A DNA stretch of 64,000 bases from Lobosporangium transversale. Its lineage: Eukaryota. Where the stretch lies: NCBI RefSeq assembly GCF_002105155.1, contig NW_019028998.1, positions 248,001 to 312,000 of the forward strand, in the 5' to 3' direction. The number at the start of each line of letters is the position of its first letter. Positions within the stretch are counted from its first letter, which is position 1. The notes beneath the pieces were generated by a model. It made no database searches and was not told the DNA's origin. It saw nothing but the letters and a program-made list of their open reading frames with translations. Both the position numbers and the translations under genes were made by a program. Positions 52,718-64,000 of the stretch are shown piece after piece.

Positions 52718-52960
52718 GGACGCTGTGCTCTAACCAAGGAGATTATTCCTTCGCATCCATCAACTGAGAATAATGCGATGGTTCATGTCTCTTCGATTGG
52801 CTACGAATAATATTACATACATTATGCATCGCCATTACATTGCAATAAAAATACATTTGGCACAATACCAACAACTTGTCCAACAAAGCCCTCACAGAAT
52901 GGACGAATATTTCTTGGGCGTATAAACTCATTGACAGCTATCTAAATAGCCAAGTGGGCG
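52713..52960 (-). pseudogene. Fanzor/TnpB-like nuclease relic B: RuvC-II, zinc finger and RuvC-III end
   Basis: With frameshifts: RPLGYL-AVNE-YTPKK...CEGFVGQV...CQMYFYCNVMAMHNVCNIIRS...QLMDAKE*SPW. This fits the TnpB/Fanzor pattern (V)xEx(Y)TSxxCxxC...CxxC..xRDxxAxxN. Confidence 0.72.
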
Positions 52961-54530
52961 CTCAAAAGAAAGATCGATTGAGTCAGAGAAAGTAATCCTA
53001 TATGTTAAAAAGCGAATGGGTTTGCAGAGAACTGTGGCTGCAAAAAAAGAAAAAATAGAAAGAAAGGCTTTCACATAACCCCAGCATCCGTTGAGAGTAT
53101 TCCAGTGTGTTGCTAGTTTAATATATAGTCGCCATCGTAGTATAGTATCAATGCATATGATTTTGCTATCCTTGGCTTGTTAGATCTGTTGTTTCTTTAC
53201 CTTGTTGCCCTCTTTTAATGAATCTATCTGGATTGGCAATCATTGTTAAGAACCATGGGACTAAGTTTCGCTTTGCTGGACCTGTTGAAAATACTGGAGT
53301 GAGTGGTGGAAAACCCCATGTGTGATTTGAGTGTTGTGGATGTGGATGGCGAAGGAATACGTTGAGAGGATGTGAGTGGTGTGAGAAGAAACCAAGGTAA
53401 GGAAGATGGATTTATATATCTTTTCAAATCCTTGGCGAAGCAGTATATATTCTTATCAATATGCTTATAAAGTCCCAGCCACATCTAACAACAGCCACTG
53501 TGTTAAGGTTAAGGCAAGGTTACTGGTTTTAAAAAAGAGAAACCTCTCCTGATCATCCTTCTTTCACAGGTTGTAAATGAAACAAAACGGTCTTTGTATT
53601 TTCTCAAGATACCAACCCATGAATTTTTGGCAAGCCCATCGTTGTTAGTTGACAGCTCTTTTTAACAGCATGTAACAACTGTTACTCTTCATTAATATAA
53701 AACCCGCGAGCAATCATCCAAAGCGAGGCTGCTTATCATTCACGTCCAATAGGGGTTCTTTTTTTTTTTTTAGACTTCAGTAAACTAGTGGCGTTGTGGT
53801 GTATCGCTGGCGATTATACATACAGCAAACAGGAAGAGGCTCTGCAGAGCTCTTCATGCGGAAATCTTATTAGAGTTGGTTGGTTTTTTCTTATCCGTAT
53901 GTATACAACATAACACAATTGTTTTCGACTGCTGCTGTGAGCGCGCTTTCTTTCCCTAAACGAGCTCAGCCTTGTGTTGTATTGACACAAAAGGATACAG
54001 CTGTAACTGGCTACAAAGAAGTAATACCAGACTTAGAGCCATGAGGGCTCTAATATTCGCATTTTTGGGCAAGAGTCGATGAATGTGAAGTGTTGAAGAA
54101 AAATAAATCGTTTGTCCTAAACGCATTAGGCTCGAATCCAGTCAGAGAGGGAAGTTTGCATCTAAACGCGTGTGAGCCTAGGAGAGAGAGAAAAATTAAA
54201 TCTCGTGGCCGATCCACAACTGACTGGTTTGGTGATGATAGCATATAATATTGTCTCGTCCGCCTACCTTGAGCTATGTAACATTACCTTGCGAAGTCTT
54301 TTCAGTCATGCATCATTTGGAAGTTGGATTGACGAAACTTGTGGAAATGAAAGTAAACTACTCAAGTTCGTCTAAACAGATGAGACCAGTTGCCACTCTA
54401 CCTTCTTGAAGTTTGCTGTCTAAAAGACCTGGCTACTTTTTTTTTTTTTTTTTTTTTTTTTTGGAACTTACTCTCTATTTACCATCTCCCCACCTCTCTA
54501 TGCTTCTATCCAACTAGCAAATTTTACGCC

Positions 54531-55200
54531 ATGGCGATTGTAGGACCGTGACCACTTCTATAAGGAGAATGGATACGAGCCAACTTCATTGGTCGCTCGA
54601 GTATTGGTTTTTGTTTGCTCCAAATAAGCAAAGAGTTAAGGCCCAGACTGTTTTCTTCACTACCATTCGCTTTACCTGCGCCTTCCGCCCACTCTACGCA
54701 GCCCGCACGATCCTAGGGCAGAAAATTCCAGGGGTCTCTTCTAAAGCAACCTCCGTCCTTTATCTCGATGGAGAACCCTGCACAGAGAAAGAGGTAATGA
54801 ATGCCAAAAGATAGGCGCTGCACTTGAAGGCTTTGACTCAAGCATCTAGGTTCATTGGGCAGTTCGAAATGAGAGTCAAAGAGAAGCAAGCAGTTCGAAA
54901 GACTCTCTTCAAGAGCACCAGTAAGAAGCTTTTGATGGCATTCCATTGGAGGAGAGCTAACAAGGATACCTTTGACACTTTCATCTGCTTGAAAGGTTGG
55001 ACCGTCGTCAAGTCCTCAACGGAGGCGGATTTGCAGATCACAAAAGGCTGCCAAGAAGACTACGTCGTTGCCACAACAGACAGTGATCTGCTTGCATATA
55101 GCAGAGTTAAGACCATTTGGAGAACAATTTCGAGCTCTAACATCCTTGGGTACGACTTGGATAGTATCATTAAGCATCTCGAAGGCCCAACCAAAGGCAG
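54531..55200 (+). pseudogene. FEN/XPG-like PIN-domain nuclease pseudogene (N-terminal module, truncated before the H3TH motif)
   Basis: MAIVGP*PLL / KENGYEPT (an MGIxGLW-type start); FFTTIR; VLYLDGEPCTEK; in-frame TAG at 54812; KGWTVVKSSTEADLQI; VVATTDSDLLAY. The DG, EAD and DSD acidic motifs of the FEN/XPG PIN fold are present. Confidence 0.8.
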
Positions 55201-56527
55201 GTAATCAAAAGCAGGCAACGGAAAGGCAGTCAGCCAAGGCTACTGCGGCCAATCACCCAAGGCACCAGCAAAGGAAATGTCAAAAAGCATAACCAAAGAA
55301 ATCCAAGCCAACTTAGAAATAGCCAATCATTTTAAATTTTTTTTTATTTATTTTTGGCTACGAGTCTGGCTGTTCTTGAACAAGGCCATGGTTTGGAAAC
55401 GGTAGTATAGTAAACGATTAGTAATAAAAAGTAAGAGAAAAGCTCAAATACAATATATATACCCTTGTTCTTTGCCTGAAGTTCTAGTGGATGGATATCC
55501 GTGACCATTGTGAGCGCAAATGCCACTCGGATGGAAATAGCAAATTAGTAGCAATAATCAAAAATGATCCCAATAGGCAATGCTGTGTCGGCTATTGATA
55601 GCAAGCTGCTCGGTAAACATAACTGGCTATATAGTTATATTCACTCATTCATAGCCTTGAAGAGCAATTCAGTCAATTACATGAGCATCTCAGTGGCGTT
55701 GAACTATCAGTCGGTAGGCTTTGGTCATAGCTGATTTAGGCAAAAGGAGAATAAACTAACCGCCATTTCAACGCGTCTCCTTTATTGACAATAACCAGAC
55801 GTGCCATAGTCAATACAACCCATACTCTAATGACCTTTATCTGCTTTGTTACCCCCTTGGGAGCTGAAGGCCCTTTTCGGTGGAGGGTTAGTAGCAATAG
55901 CTATAGAGGACAGAATGGCAACACTTGATGACTGGCATTGGATGCATGTGCGTGTGTGCGGGCGTGTATGAGGTCATGGGGACCTGACCTAATGGAGTAC
56001 GATATGCCATACCACCCCCACACAGTGGGCTCTGGACAACATTTTGGGAGTATTTTCGATGAAGTAGAAAAAACACCTTCCAAGGGACCAAGAGACTGGC
56101 CCTTGCAGCCTAGGATGTAGCCAGATAAGCTATATAGTCACATAGCAAACAATTACTCAGTAAATAAAAACGAAATGAATAAGAAAATAAAACTACACTT
56201 TGATTCAAACTGCAACGGTGCATTCCAAAGTGCATCTTCCGACAGGTGGAGCTCTGATAGGTGGGCATCCGTTGCACTATGCAAGCCTTATTGGAAAATA
56301 GAGAGTGAAGCGAGTTTATTAAGGGGTGCTTGCCTCTCTGATTCAAGGGTATTTGAGCATGGGACGCGAACTTTATTTGCTTTGCTTTGCCCAAAAAAGC
56401 AACTTCAGCAGCAATGACAATAACAGCTGCGTGACTCCAGGGTTGGAAGAGGTGTTCCTGGACAGCAAATTTTACTTTTCATTCATTGCGTTCCTCAACA
56501 CAACATACATTCACCTTTTCACCTGTC

Positions 56528-58573
56528 ATGTTTCGTGGTGCATCCTTTCTTCTGCTTCTTAATTGGGTCTGCATTGTCTCATGGCTCATCTCTTCCTTCG
56601 ATTCCACCACTGCCACTATTGTCGTTCTGGTAAAAAGAAGCTTTTTTTTTTTTTTTTTTTTAAATTGTATAAGTATCTCGCCACCGTCCTAACTTATTGT
56701 ATTAATCTTGAGTTAGGCAACCAACGATACTTTTGTGGATAGGACAGCTGCATTTGGTCCTAGGATCCCTGATGAGGGTATAGTTCTTAACCTTATCGCC
56801 ATTGAAACCCTTGACCCATCGCAGGGAACAACAGCTTGTCATCCTCTTCCTATTGCACCATCAACTAACGGCTCCTGGGCAGCACTAGTAGAGCGAGGAG
56901 GTGACTGTAGTTTTGTCGACAAGGTACGCAACATGCAAGCCAGTGGAGCCAAGGCAGTGGTCGTTGGTGACAATCAGCGTAGTGGACTCATCACCATGTA
57001 TGCCCGTGGTAAGTGAACGGAGACGGATACCTCCTTTCTCAGTTGGTTTACAGATTAAAGTCAGCCACCCCGTGTGCTTCGTATTAGGAAAACCAAAATA
57101 TCGCATACTTCTTTATACTACCAACTTTTTTCCTTTTGTGTGCGTACTCGGGCACTATACCATTGACATATGCTAATACTCCTTGCATGAGGTTGGATGC
57201 AGCATGGGGAGATATCTTTTTTTTTTTTGTTCCAAATGAAGGATAGCGGAACATTGAGAGGGAGAGACAAAGACCAGTCTTAGTGTTACAAAATGGGCTT
57301 TTCTAGTCCATCCTTATCCTTAAAAGCTTCTTTCACCACCAACACTTCCTTTTCTTCACACTTTTACCCCATCGTCCAAGCATAATGCTCTGAAAAATAA
57401 AATGTTGGTTCTCATTTTCGCTTATCACTCTTACTCACGCGATCATCCTAGCCTTAACAGCTTAATCAAACTACTGTGTTTTCTGACTATTTCTTTTTTT
57501 ATTATTGATTGGTTGTGAATAGAAGACGCGTCTGATATTCTTACTCCGTCTGTGTTTATTGCTCAACACCACTACCGGGAACTACGATATTTTGGGAATC
57601 AATTTGGGAAGGAGTTCCTGATTAAATTAACTCCCGATGACTTAAACTGGTATTGTATCCCTAAACCCCTGAAATATTACTTTCTTGTAGACCATTCATT
57701 ACATTAATCCGGCAGTTCTCTTGCTTTCATTCTTGGGAGAAGGGAGCCACTCTAACCTTTCCCCTACTATCATAATAAGGCCATTACTAGATGTGGTCAT
57801 CTTTATTATTCTCTCTCCTGCATTCGTTGTGCTTTTTCTCTATTTCCTCTGGAGGGTCCGTATTCGACAACAACACATTGCGGACTTGGCCTCATCTGAG
57901 GCCGTTACCAACTTGCCAATCAAGGTTTTTTATACAAGCAAGCTTAAAGAAAACGAGCCTGTGGAATGCGTCATCTGTCTTGAGGAGTTTGAGGATGAGA
58001 CCGAGCTGCGCGTCTTGCCTTGTAAGCATGAGTACCATGTCGTATGTATCGACAGCTGGCTTACAACCCGCAAAAGATTTGTAAGAGACTCATCGACTTG
58101 AATGCTGCGTTGCACTTCATTGAATTTATCCGTAGAAGCGCCTGGGAGAGCTTATATCGAACATTTCTTATCTCTCTATCTAGTGTCCAATATGCAAACG
58201 CGATATCTGTACAGCAACAGAATCGACACCTCTATTGAGATCAATCCACAGCAGATCTTCCAGCAACCGCCACAGTGATTATGAAGTCCCAGAAGGTCCG
58301 TACAGAGCTGCCTTCTCCGCGAATATTCCTTCCCAACCCTCCTCCTCAGATCCAACCGCATCATCCTCAACGTCCTCCTCATCTGTTTCTGGTGCTCGTA
58401 TCGCATCGTCTTGGCCCTTAAGAACCGCAGGTATCGGAAGATCTGGACCAGGAATAGCTGCAGTTGCTTCTGCGGGCTCACGGGCCAGGCCATCGAATGC
58501 CTCCAATTCTGGCGCACCTTCGTCGCATCTAAGAGATCCTTCTAGTGATGATCAAGTCTTCTCTGGGATCTAA
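56528..58573 (+). CDS. PA-TM-RING E3 ubiquitin ligase (RNF13/RMR-like); exons 56528-56629, 56717-57008, about 57523-57650, about 57780-58080, 58184-58573
   Basis: Signal peptide; [39 protein letters not shown] (PA domain); TM segment; [29 protein letters not shown]...|CPICK (RING-H2). Confidence 0.93.
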
Positions 58574-58776
58574 CGCCCATCTTACGAAAACAATGTAACC
58601 GTTGCTGGCCGTAGATTTTATCATCAATCCGCCTCAATAGCCTGTGTATTATGCGTTAAATAAATAAATAAACCAAAGTAAAAAGACATGCCGTATTTAT
58701 TTATTTGATTTTTTTTTTTTTTTTTTTTTAAAAGTACAAGACAGGCGCCAGAAGAAGAACCGGTGCTCTATTTACA

Positions 58777-61700
58777 TTAATCATCAACCTTGCTATCAGA
58801 TTGCTCCACATCCGCGGCCAAATCATTCGTAACAGGAGCAGCAAGTTCTGGTATCGAGCGTAGATTGGCAATATTAGTAGTCGGTGGGGCTTGTCCGTTT
58901 GTCTGAACCTTTGTCTGAATTGAATTAAAATTGATAGTAGACTGTTTCACCATTTGACGATGGATTCCAGCATAGTATATTCGCATATATAATCGCTGAA
59001 TGATATCCTTAGTCAACGTTCGTTCCATAAATGCTGCTCGAACATCCACAATCCGCCCATGCATGCGACGTAGCTTCTTGAGCAGTGGCTCTAAAGCACT
59101 ACGGCCATACCCTGCAATCATTTGTTCATCGTCCAAGCAATAACCAAGCACCTTAATCCTTCGGCCGAGATCCTTGTAGTTTGTCTCAGGACCAACCAGG
59201 AAGCCCTTATCTATAAACAATGCACGATGCAGTTCATCTAGATTAGGCGCCGTCCCACCAGGGGGAATAGGAGGTTGCTGTAAATATGCTAAGGCTATAC
59301 TCCGACGAAGTAATGTGATCCGAAGGGAAAGAGAAGGGAGTTGGTTCAAGACGAGCAATATGAACGGTAACGATGTTCCCAAAGTAAAAATGATACTCTC
59401 ACAGAGTTGCTGACGCTATTTTTTTATTTTTATTTTTTTAAAAAAAAATTAATAAATCAATAAAATAAATAAAAAAAATTCGTAATTAATTGCATCGAGC
59501 AAACAATTTGTTAAAGGGTCGATCAGTGTCAAGGAGCAAACAATTATTTACCTTGCTGTCCCAATCACTCTCCGGGATAATGTCAAGAAGAGCAACCATA
59601 GTTGATCCCAGAAGAGACTTGATATCACCAATGATAGGATCTGTAGTCATCCTGAGAAGCAGGTTCATAATCTTCTGAATTTCCACAAAGTCATAGAACT
59701 GAGGGCTATCAAGTAGTGAAAATATACGATATCAATTTAATATCGAGAGATGAGGGCTGAATGGTCTCGAAGCTTCAAATAAAGCAGATATACACAACAC
59801 TTACTTCAATGTTGCTGTTATGTTCACCAGTTTGATAATAGATTTAAGGTTCTGCCTAGGAAAAGACTTCGTCTCCGGAACTACATGACAAAGACATTTT
59901 TAATAAACGAAAGTTTACTCTCATGCTCCCAGAAAAAGGAAGAAAGAAAGGAAAAAAAACATGAACAGTGGGTTCTTTTCTTTTATAACAGTTCATCGTC
60001 TTCGCCTTACGTATCAAGCGCTGATTTCGAGTTTCCTTAGTGACTGGTGTTGCTCTCCAATCTTGTGTAAGGCATTTGTCATTTGCACCATACATCCCGA
60101 ACACTCGTATCAAATCCTGATGATCTATTCCGTGGACCGAAGTCCTCTGAAAAAAAAATATAATAAAAAAAGTGGGGAAGGGTCAATTTTGAGTGATCAC
60201 TCTAAATGCAGAGCAGCAAATCAGCACAACGAACCTGCGTCAAAATTCGCTGCAACAATGCAAAGACTGAGAGTGTAACAGGTTGGTGCTGTTCAGTTGC
60301 AGTAACAAGTAGCAGCCACTTGAAGAGCGATCGAGGCATGGTCCATGGCGTGGCACTGATAATCATGAGATATGGAGACATTAAAAAATGTCTCCTTTCT
60401 GTCTCGGTCTTCGTGCATTCTAAGACTTTTTGGACGACATGATCCGAAGCATCCGCGCCCTCTAACTCAAGTTCCAAGGATGGAATAACGAATTCCTGTT
60501 TAAACACAAAATAAGGTTCATTTAGTCCCGCATAATCCATTGGTACTCTTAAGCGAATCAATAAAGCTCACTCCTTTTCTCTATCAAACATAAAAGTACT
60601 AATACCTGCGGCCAATGCACAAAAAACTCAATAAAGTCTTCAACAATCTCTGATGAGTTTTCTTCTATAATTTCTGTCAATGCACCTTCTTGTTCCTCGG
60701 ACAAGACTCCTTTAGGGATCATAGTAGGTCCGGAAATGACCTCTTCATCTTCAGCTTCATCGAATTCTTCAATTAACTAGCATGCAATGTAAAAGGCATT
60801 AGAGGATTGATCATACAAGTCTTTGATACTAGAATCGTTCATATTTTGTGTTTCTTACATTGTCATCCAATGTCGTATTGGCGCTTGCAGTTTTGATGTC
60901 ATATCCAATCTCATCCCTGCGTTTCTTTTCTTTGAGCAATACATCCAATGAAAAGAAATGTTTCTTAGCTTGGGTCGATTTTGGTGTTTTGGATGTTAGT
61001 TTTGGTGATATAGCAGGAATGAGCGCTGGCTTTGCAACAGAACTTCTCAAGGTGCGACCTGATTTTGCCGAGGTTTGCGCATGTACCACTCTACCCGTTG
61101 CACGTTGGAGCGGTATATCCTCAAGCTCAGCATCGATATCGGATAGCTTCATATCTAACTTTGACTCCGTCTCGTCCTCTATAGGAGTGGCATCAGTTGT
61201 AGCTGGAGTTCCTGTGGATGGCGTTGGGGTGGCTGGACTTAAATTCCCTGAAAAGAGGTCGTCATCAAGCTCAGAGTCTGACTCTTCCAACACCTAATAA
61301 GGAGAAATAATTTTGATGGGACAAAACTAGATCTGATTAATGTATTTAACTTAATCATTAGAGAGCAGTGGTTTCCATGTACACCCTCCATACCATTGGA
61401 CCGATCTTGTTGGAGAATTGCTTAAGGGTCGGGATGTCATCGTCAGAGCCCAGCGGTCCCAAATTCGGATTACTGTCGTTGGTTTCCATTTCTTGTCCTG
61501 AAGATGTGAGTTGAGGGGCTATAGCTACAAATGATGGCGTCAAAGTATAAGATAAAAATGAAAAGAAGCACTTATTTTTTCCACTTCGCTTTATGATGTT
61601 TCACAAATTTCCACACGAACCATCAATCTCGGCAGCCACCAAAATGTTGGTGTCATTCCAATCTGCTTCTGATCCAGAGTCTGACCCCTCTACAATATCT

Positions 61701-62668
61701 TTTGTAAATGGACTATTCTTTATGTTTTCAAGTTCCAGAGGCTTCAGTTTACTGTTACTGTCCATTAATTCCAAACTTGTACCCATCTCTTCAGCCAGTT
61801 TCTCTGAAAAGGTCAAAGAGGGCTTAGAAGGCATTGATCCTGGTGTCATTCCCTTCCATTTTGCCTTCCTTGGAGACAGAGCCAACCTTCTAAGCGACTC
61901 TCCCGATACTTGAGAATTAAAGGTCATAAGACCCAGGCTGTCGACAGAGTCTAGATCAGTGGAAATAGGCTCATTATGCTTTGATGCCTCTCCTGCCTCT
62001 GATTTGATGCTGCTTTTCCCAGGGCTGGATGGATTTAAGCTATCTGAAGCGTCATAATAGGTATCATTGAGGTCTTCATTGTCTCCTGGGCTAAATGGAT
62101 TATGTGGTGGACTCATTTCAAAAGACATAGAAGGATCGAGGTCATCTTCAAGTGAGGTGTCGGCAGCCACTTCCGATTGTTCAACGTCTTTGTCTTCAGG
62201 AGTGTGCCTCTCTGCCCTATCTGGTATCGAAGACTCGAGTTCGGCAGATGGTCTAAGCGATGAGACGATATGAGCGATTATATGTAAATTAACAGCCAGT
62301 CTGAGATCTCTATCCCAATCTGCATCCTGTCAATGATATCATTACCCTGGATGTCGCTGGAAATATGAGCTGATCAGCCGCGTACTATTGCATTGTAATA
62401 ATGGAAAAATACCATCAACTACTGGACTGCCTCAATATGCACCATTGCACATTCTCAATTGCATTCATTCCGGCATATATCTTTTTTTTTGTACTTTGAA
62501 TTTGATATGACAAATGAACTTTTTACATCAACAAGAAATAAACCCATGATTAGCAGTTGAGCCACACACAATGACAATCCACGACGTCCGCCATATAAGT
62601 ATAATACCATCCATGTACCTTGAACTCGAACCCGAAGTCGACTGAAAGTATGACCCTATGGACCGCAT
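58777..62668 (-). CDS. Probable SMC5/6 loader subunit, SLF2/FAM178/Nse6-like (CANIN domain), multi-exon; start uncertain
   Basis: Long acidic/Ser-rich N-terminus; FFSLDVLLKEKKRR; LFKWLL; C-terminal HGRIVDVRAAFMERTLTKDIIQRL resembles the end of SLF2/FAM178 proteins. 5' exons inferred from splice phases. Confidence 0.55.
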
Positions 62669-62961
62669 GCTGTTGGAGATTGAATGAGTTGATTTAGTTA
62701 TAAAAGAATTGAGCATTTTCCTTTTCTCTCTTTTTCCTTTTTTATTTTTTTGGAACATTCGTACTTGAGGTGAGCTGTCCTCTGGTTCTTGGACGTTCGC
62801 CCCATGTGTCACCGATGCCTTAGGATGTCAAGTAACAAATGACAGGACAAACGACAACGGGATAAAGTTTCGCCAGTCCTGATCAGTCAAAACAAGCCAC
62901 ATTATACCTTCGGGACACAAAAGAACACATCATTCTTCCACTTCACTCCATACTATCAACC

Positions 62962-64000
62962 ATGCTTCGTTCATTTATATCTGTCACCCCTTTGGTCTCC
63001 TATAGGACAACCGCTGTTGCCGCTGTGAGACCTACGGATACACTACAGCTACGACTCAGCCCACTCTCCACAATCATCCGACGTGCAAGCAGCACTACTC
63101 GCGGAAACACAACTACACCACTCTCCGCAGCTCTGAAGAAACCAACCACACAGCAGCGTGGCGCAAAGCTCCGTGGTGATAGTAAATTCCTACTAGCTGG
63201 AGGCCCTTTTTCTATCTGCCGTGCCCTGGCTACTGTCACTAATGTCCCTCATACCCATTCCTCGTCGTCTCCTGGAGTATCTACTGGAATTTCCAAAAAT
63301 AGCCCGGAGTTTACTATCAATCCGATCTTGAACTGGCTAGAATTTCCAAACTTTGCAGCCATAAAGCCTGAGCATGTTGTACCTGCCATGGAGGCACTGG
63401 TCCAATACACTGAAAAGGCATTTGAAGAACGATCCCGCCACTTTACTCCCACTTGGGAAGGAACCATGGGGAAAAGTATGTAATTTAAGCAACCGACAAA
63501 CACAGCTGGGTATTTTATTCATGTCCGCAAACAATTTCAGCTATATAAAAGGGGGAGAAGGAAAAGAAGGAAGGAGACATAGTATTCTTACATGATATTG
63601 TGTTTAATAGCTCAGGATCTAGAAGATGACTTGGAGCGTGCATCAAGCGTCATTACTCATCTATCCATGGTTAAGGATTCACCCGAGCTCCGCAAGGCTG
63701 TCGAAGCTATTCAACCCATGATCATTAAGATTTCCCTCCAAATGGGTCAATCTTTAGAGATGTACGATGCATTGGTGAAAATGCGTGAGAATCAACGGAT
63801 TTGGAGTGCATTGGATAAGGAGCAACAACGGATTGTGGATAAGACTATTCAAGGAATGAAATTATCTGGTGTGGCCTTTGGACTGGAGGGCGAGGGTAAT
63901 GCTGAAAAAAAGAAGCGCTTTAATGAGATTCAAAAGCGCAAGGCGCAGTTAAGTCTCAAATTTAGTAATAATGTTCAAGATGCGACCAAGGCTTATGCCA
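62962..64000 (+). CDS. M3 family oligopeptidase A (OpdA/PrlC-type) with N-terminal presequence; exons 62962-63475 and 63611 to beyond 64000; 3' end lies outside the window
   Basis: NPILNWLEFPNFAAIKPEHVVPAM...PTWE...HLSMVKDSPELRKAVE..QP...MGQS..Y...LSGVA....RFNEIQ...LSLKFSNNVQDATKAY. Preceded by about 110 aa rich in R/S/T and nearly free of acidic residues. Confidence 0.88.

Noticed and set aside
53125..53160. gccatcgtagtatagt resembles the 5' end of a tRNA
   Set aside because: No anticodon arm, T-loop or acceptor-stem partner follows.
53224..53484. 86-aa minus-strand ORF upstream of Fanzor relic B
   Set aside because: No recognisable motif, and it cannot be linked to the relic.
54110..54150. 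ggctcgaatcca resembles a tRNA T-loop/B-box
   Set aside because: No cloverleaf or A-box at the right spacing.
54812..54814. In-frame TAG in the PIN gene considered as programmed readthrough or recoding
   Set aside because: The same gene has other stops, frameshifts and a truncation, so ordinary decay explains it.
1002..58573. Stop-codon readthrough (TGA CTA) or cryptic PTS1 signals at gene ends
   Set aside because: None of the stop codons I inspected has that context or an SKL-like extension.

Overview
Eukaryotic, intron-rich fungal DNA: GT-AG introns, CTAAC-type branch points and long poly-A/poly-T tracts. Gene content and style suggest an early-diverging Mucoromycota/Mortierellaceae-type fungus (inference). 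About 20 host genes were assembled by hand from exons: M1 aminopeptidase (3' part), PEX4, a SulP transporter lacking STAS, a glutaredoxin-like protein, a 61-aa three-exon microprotein absent from the ORF track, FBP1, RRN11-like, ADE8, SAM35/metaxin, RICTOR, a PSP1-domain protein, a DUF229 protein, DMA1, an SLC35/DMT transporter, TMEM115, chitin synthase, an orphan gene, LEO1, a PA-TM-RING E3, an SLF2/Nse6-like gene and an OpdA-type oligopeptidase (5' part). Two gene-free islands (about 37.6-41.4 kb and 50.4-56.4 kb) hold decayed mobile DNA. The most notable signal is in these islands. There are two (possibly three) frameshifted relics of Fanzor/TnpB-type RNA-guided nuclease genes, two of which appear to share an intron position. 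One relic is joined directly to a MULE (MuDR) transposase pseudogene. Nearby lies a pseudogene of a FEN/XPG-like PIN nuclease that I infer to be the N-terminal module of the same family (a PIN-Fanzor element). All copies in this window are dead. The family assignments come from motif recognition by eye and need HMM confirmation.
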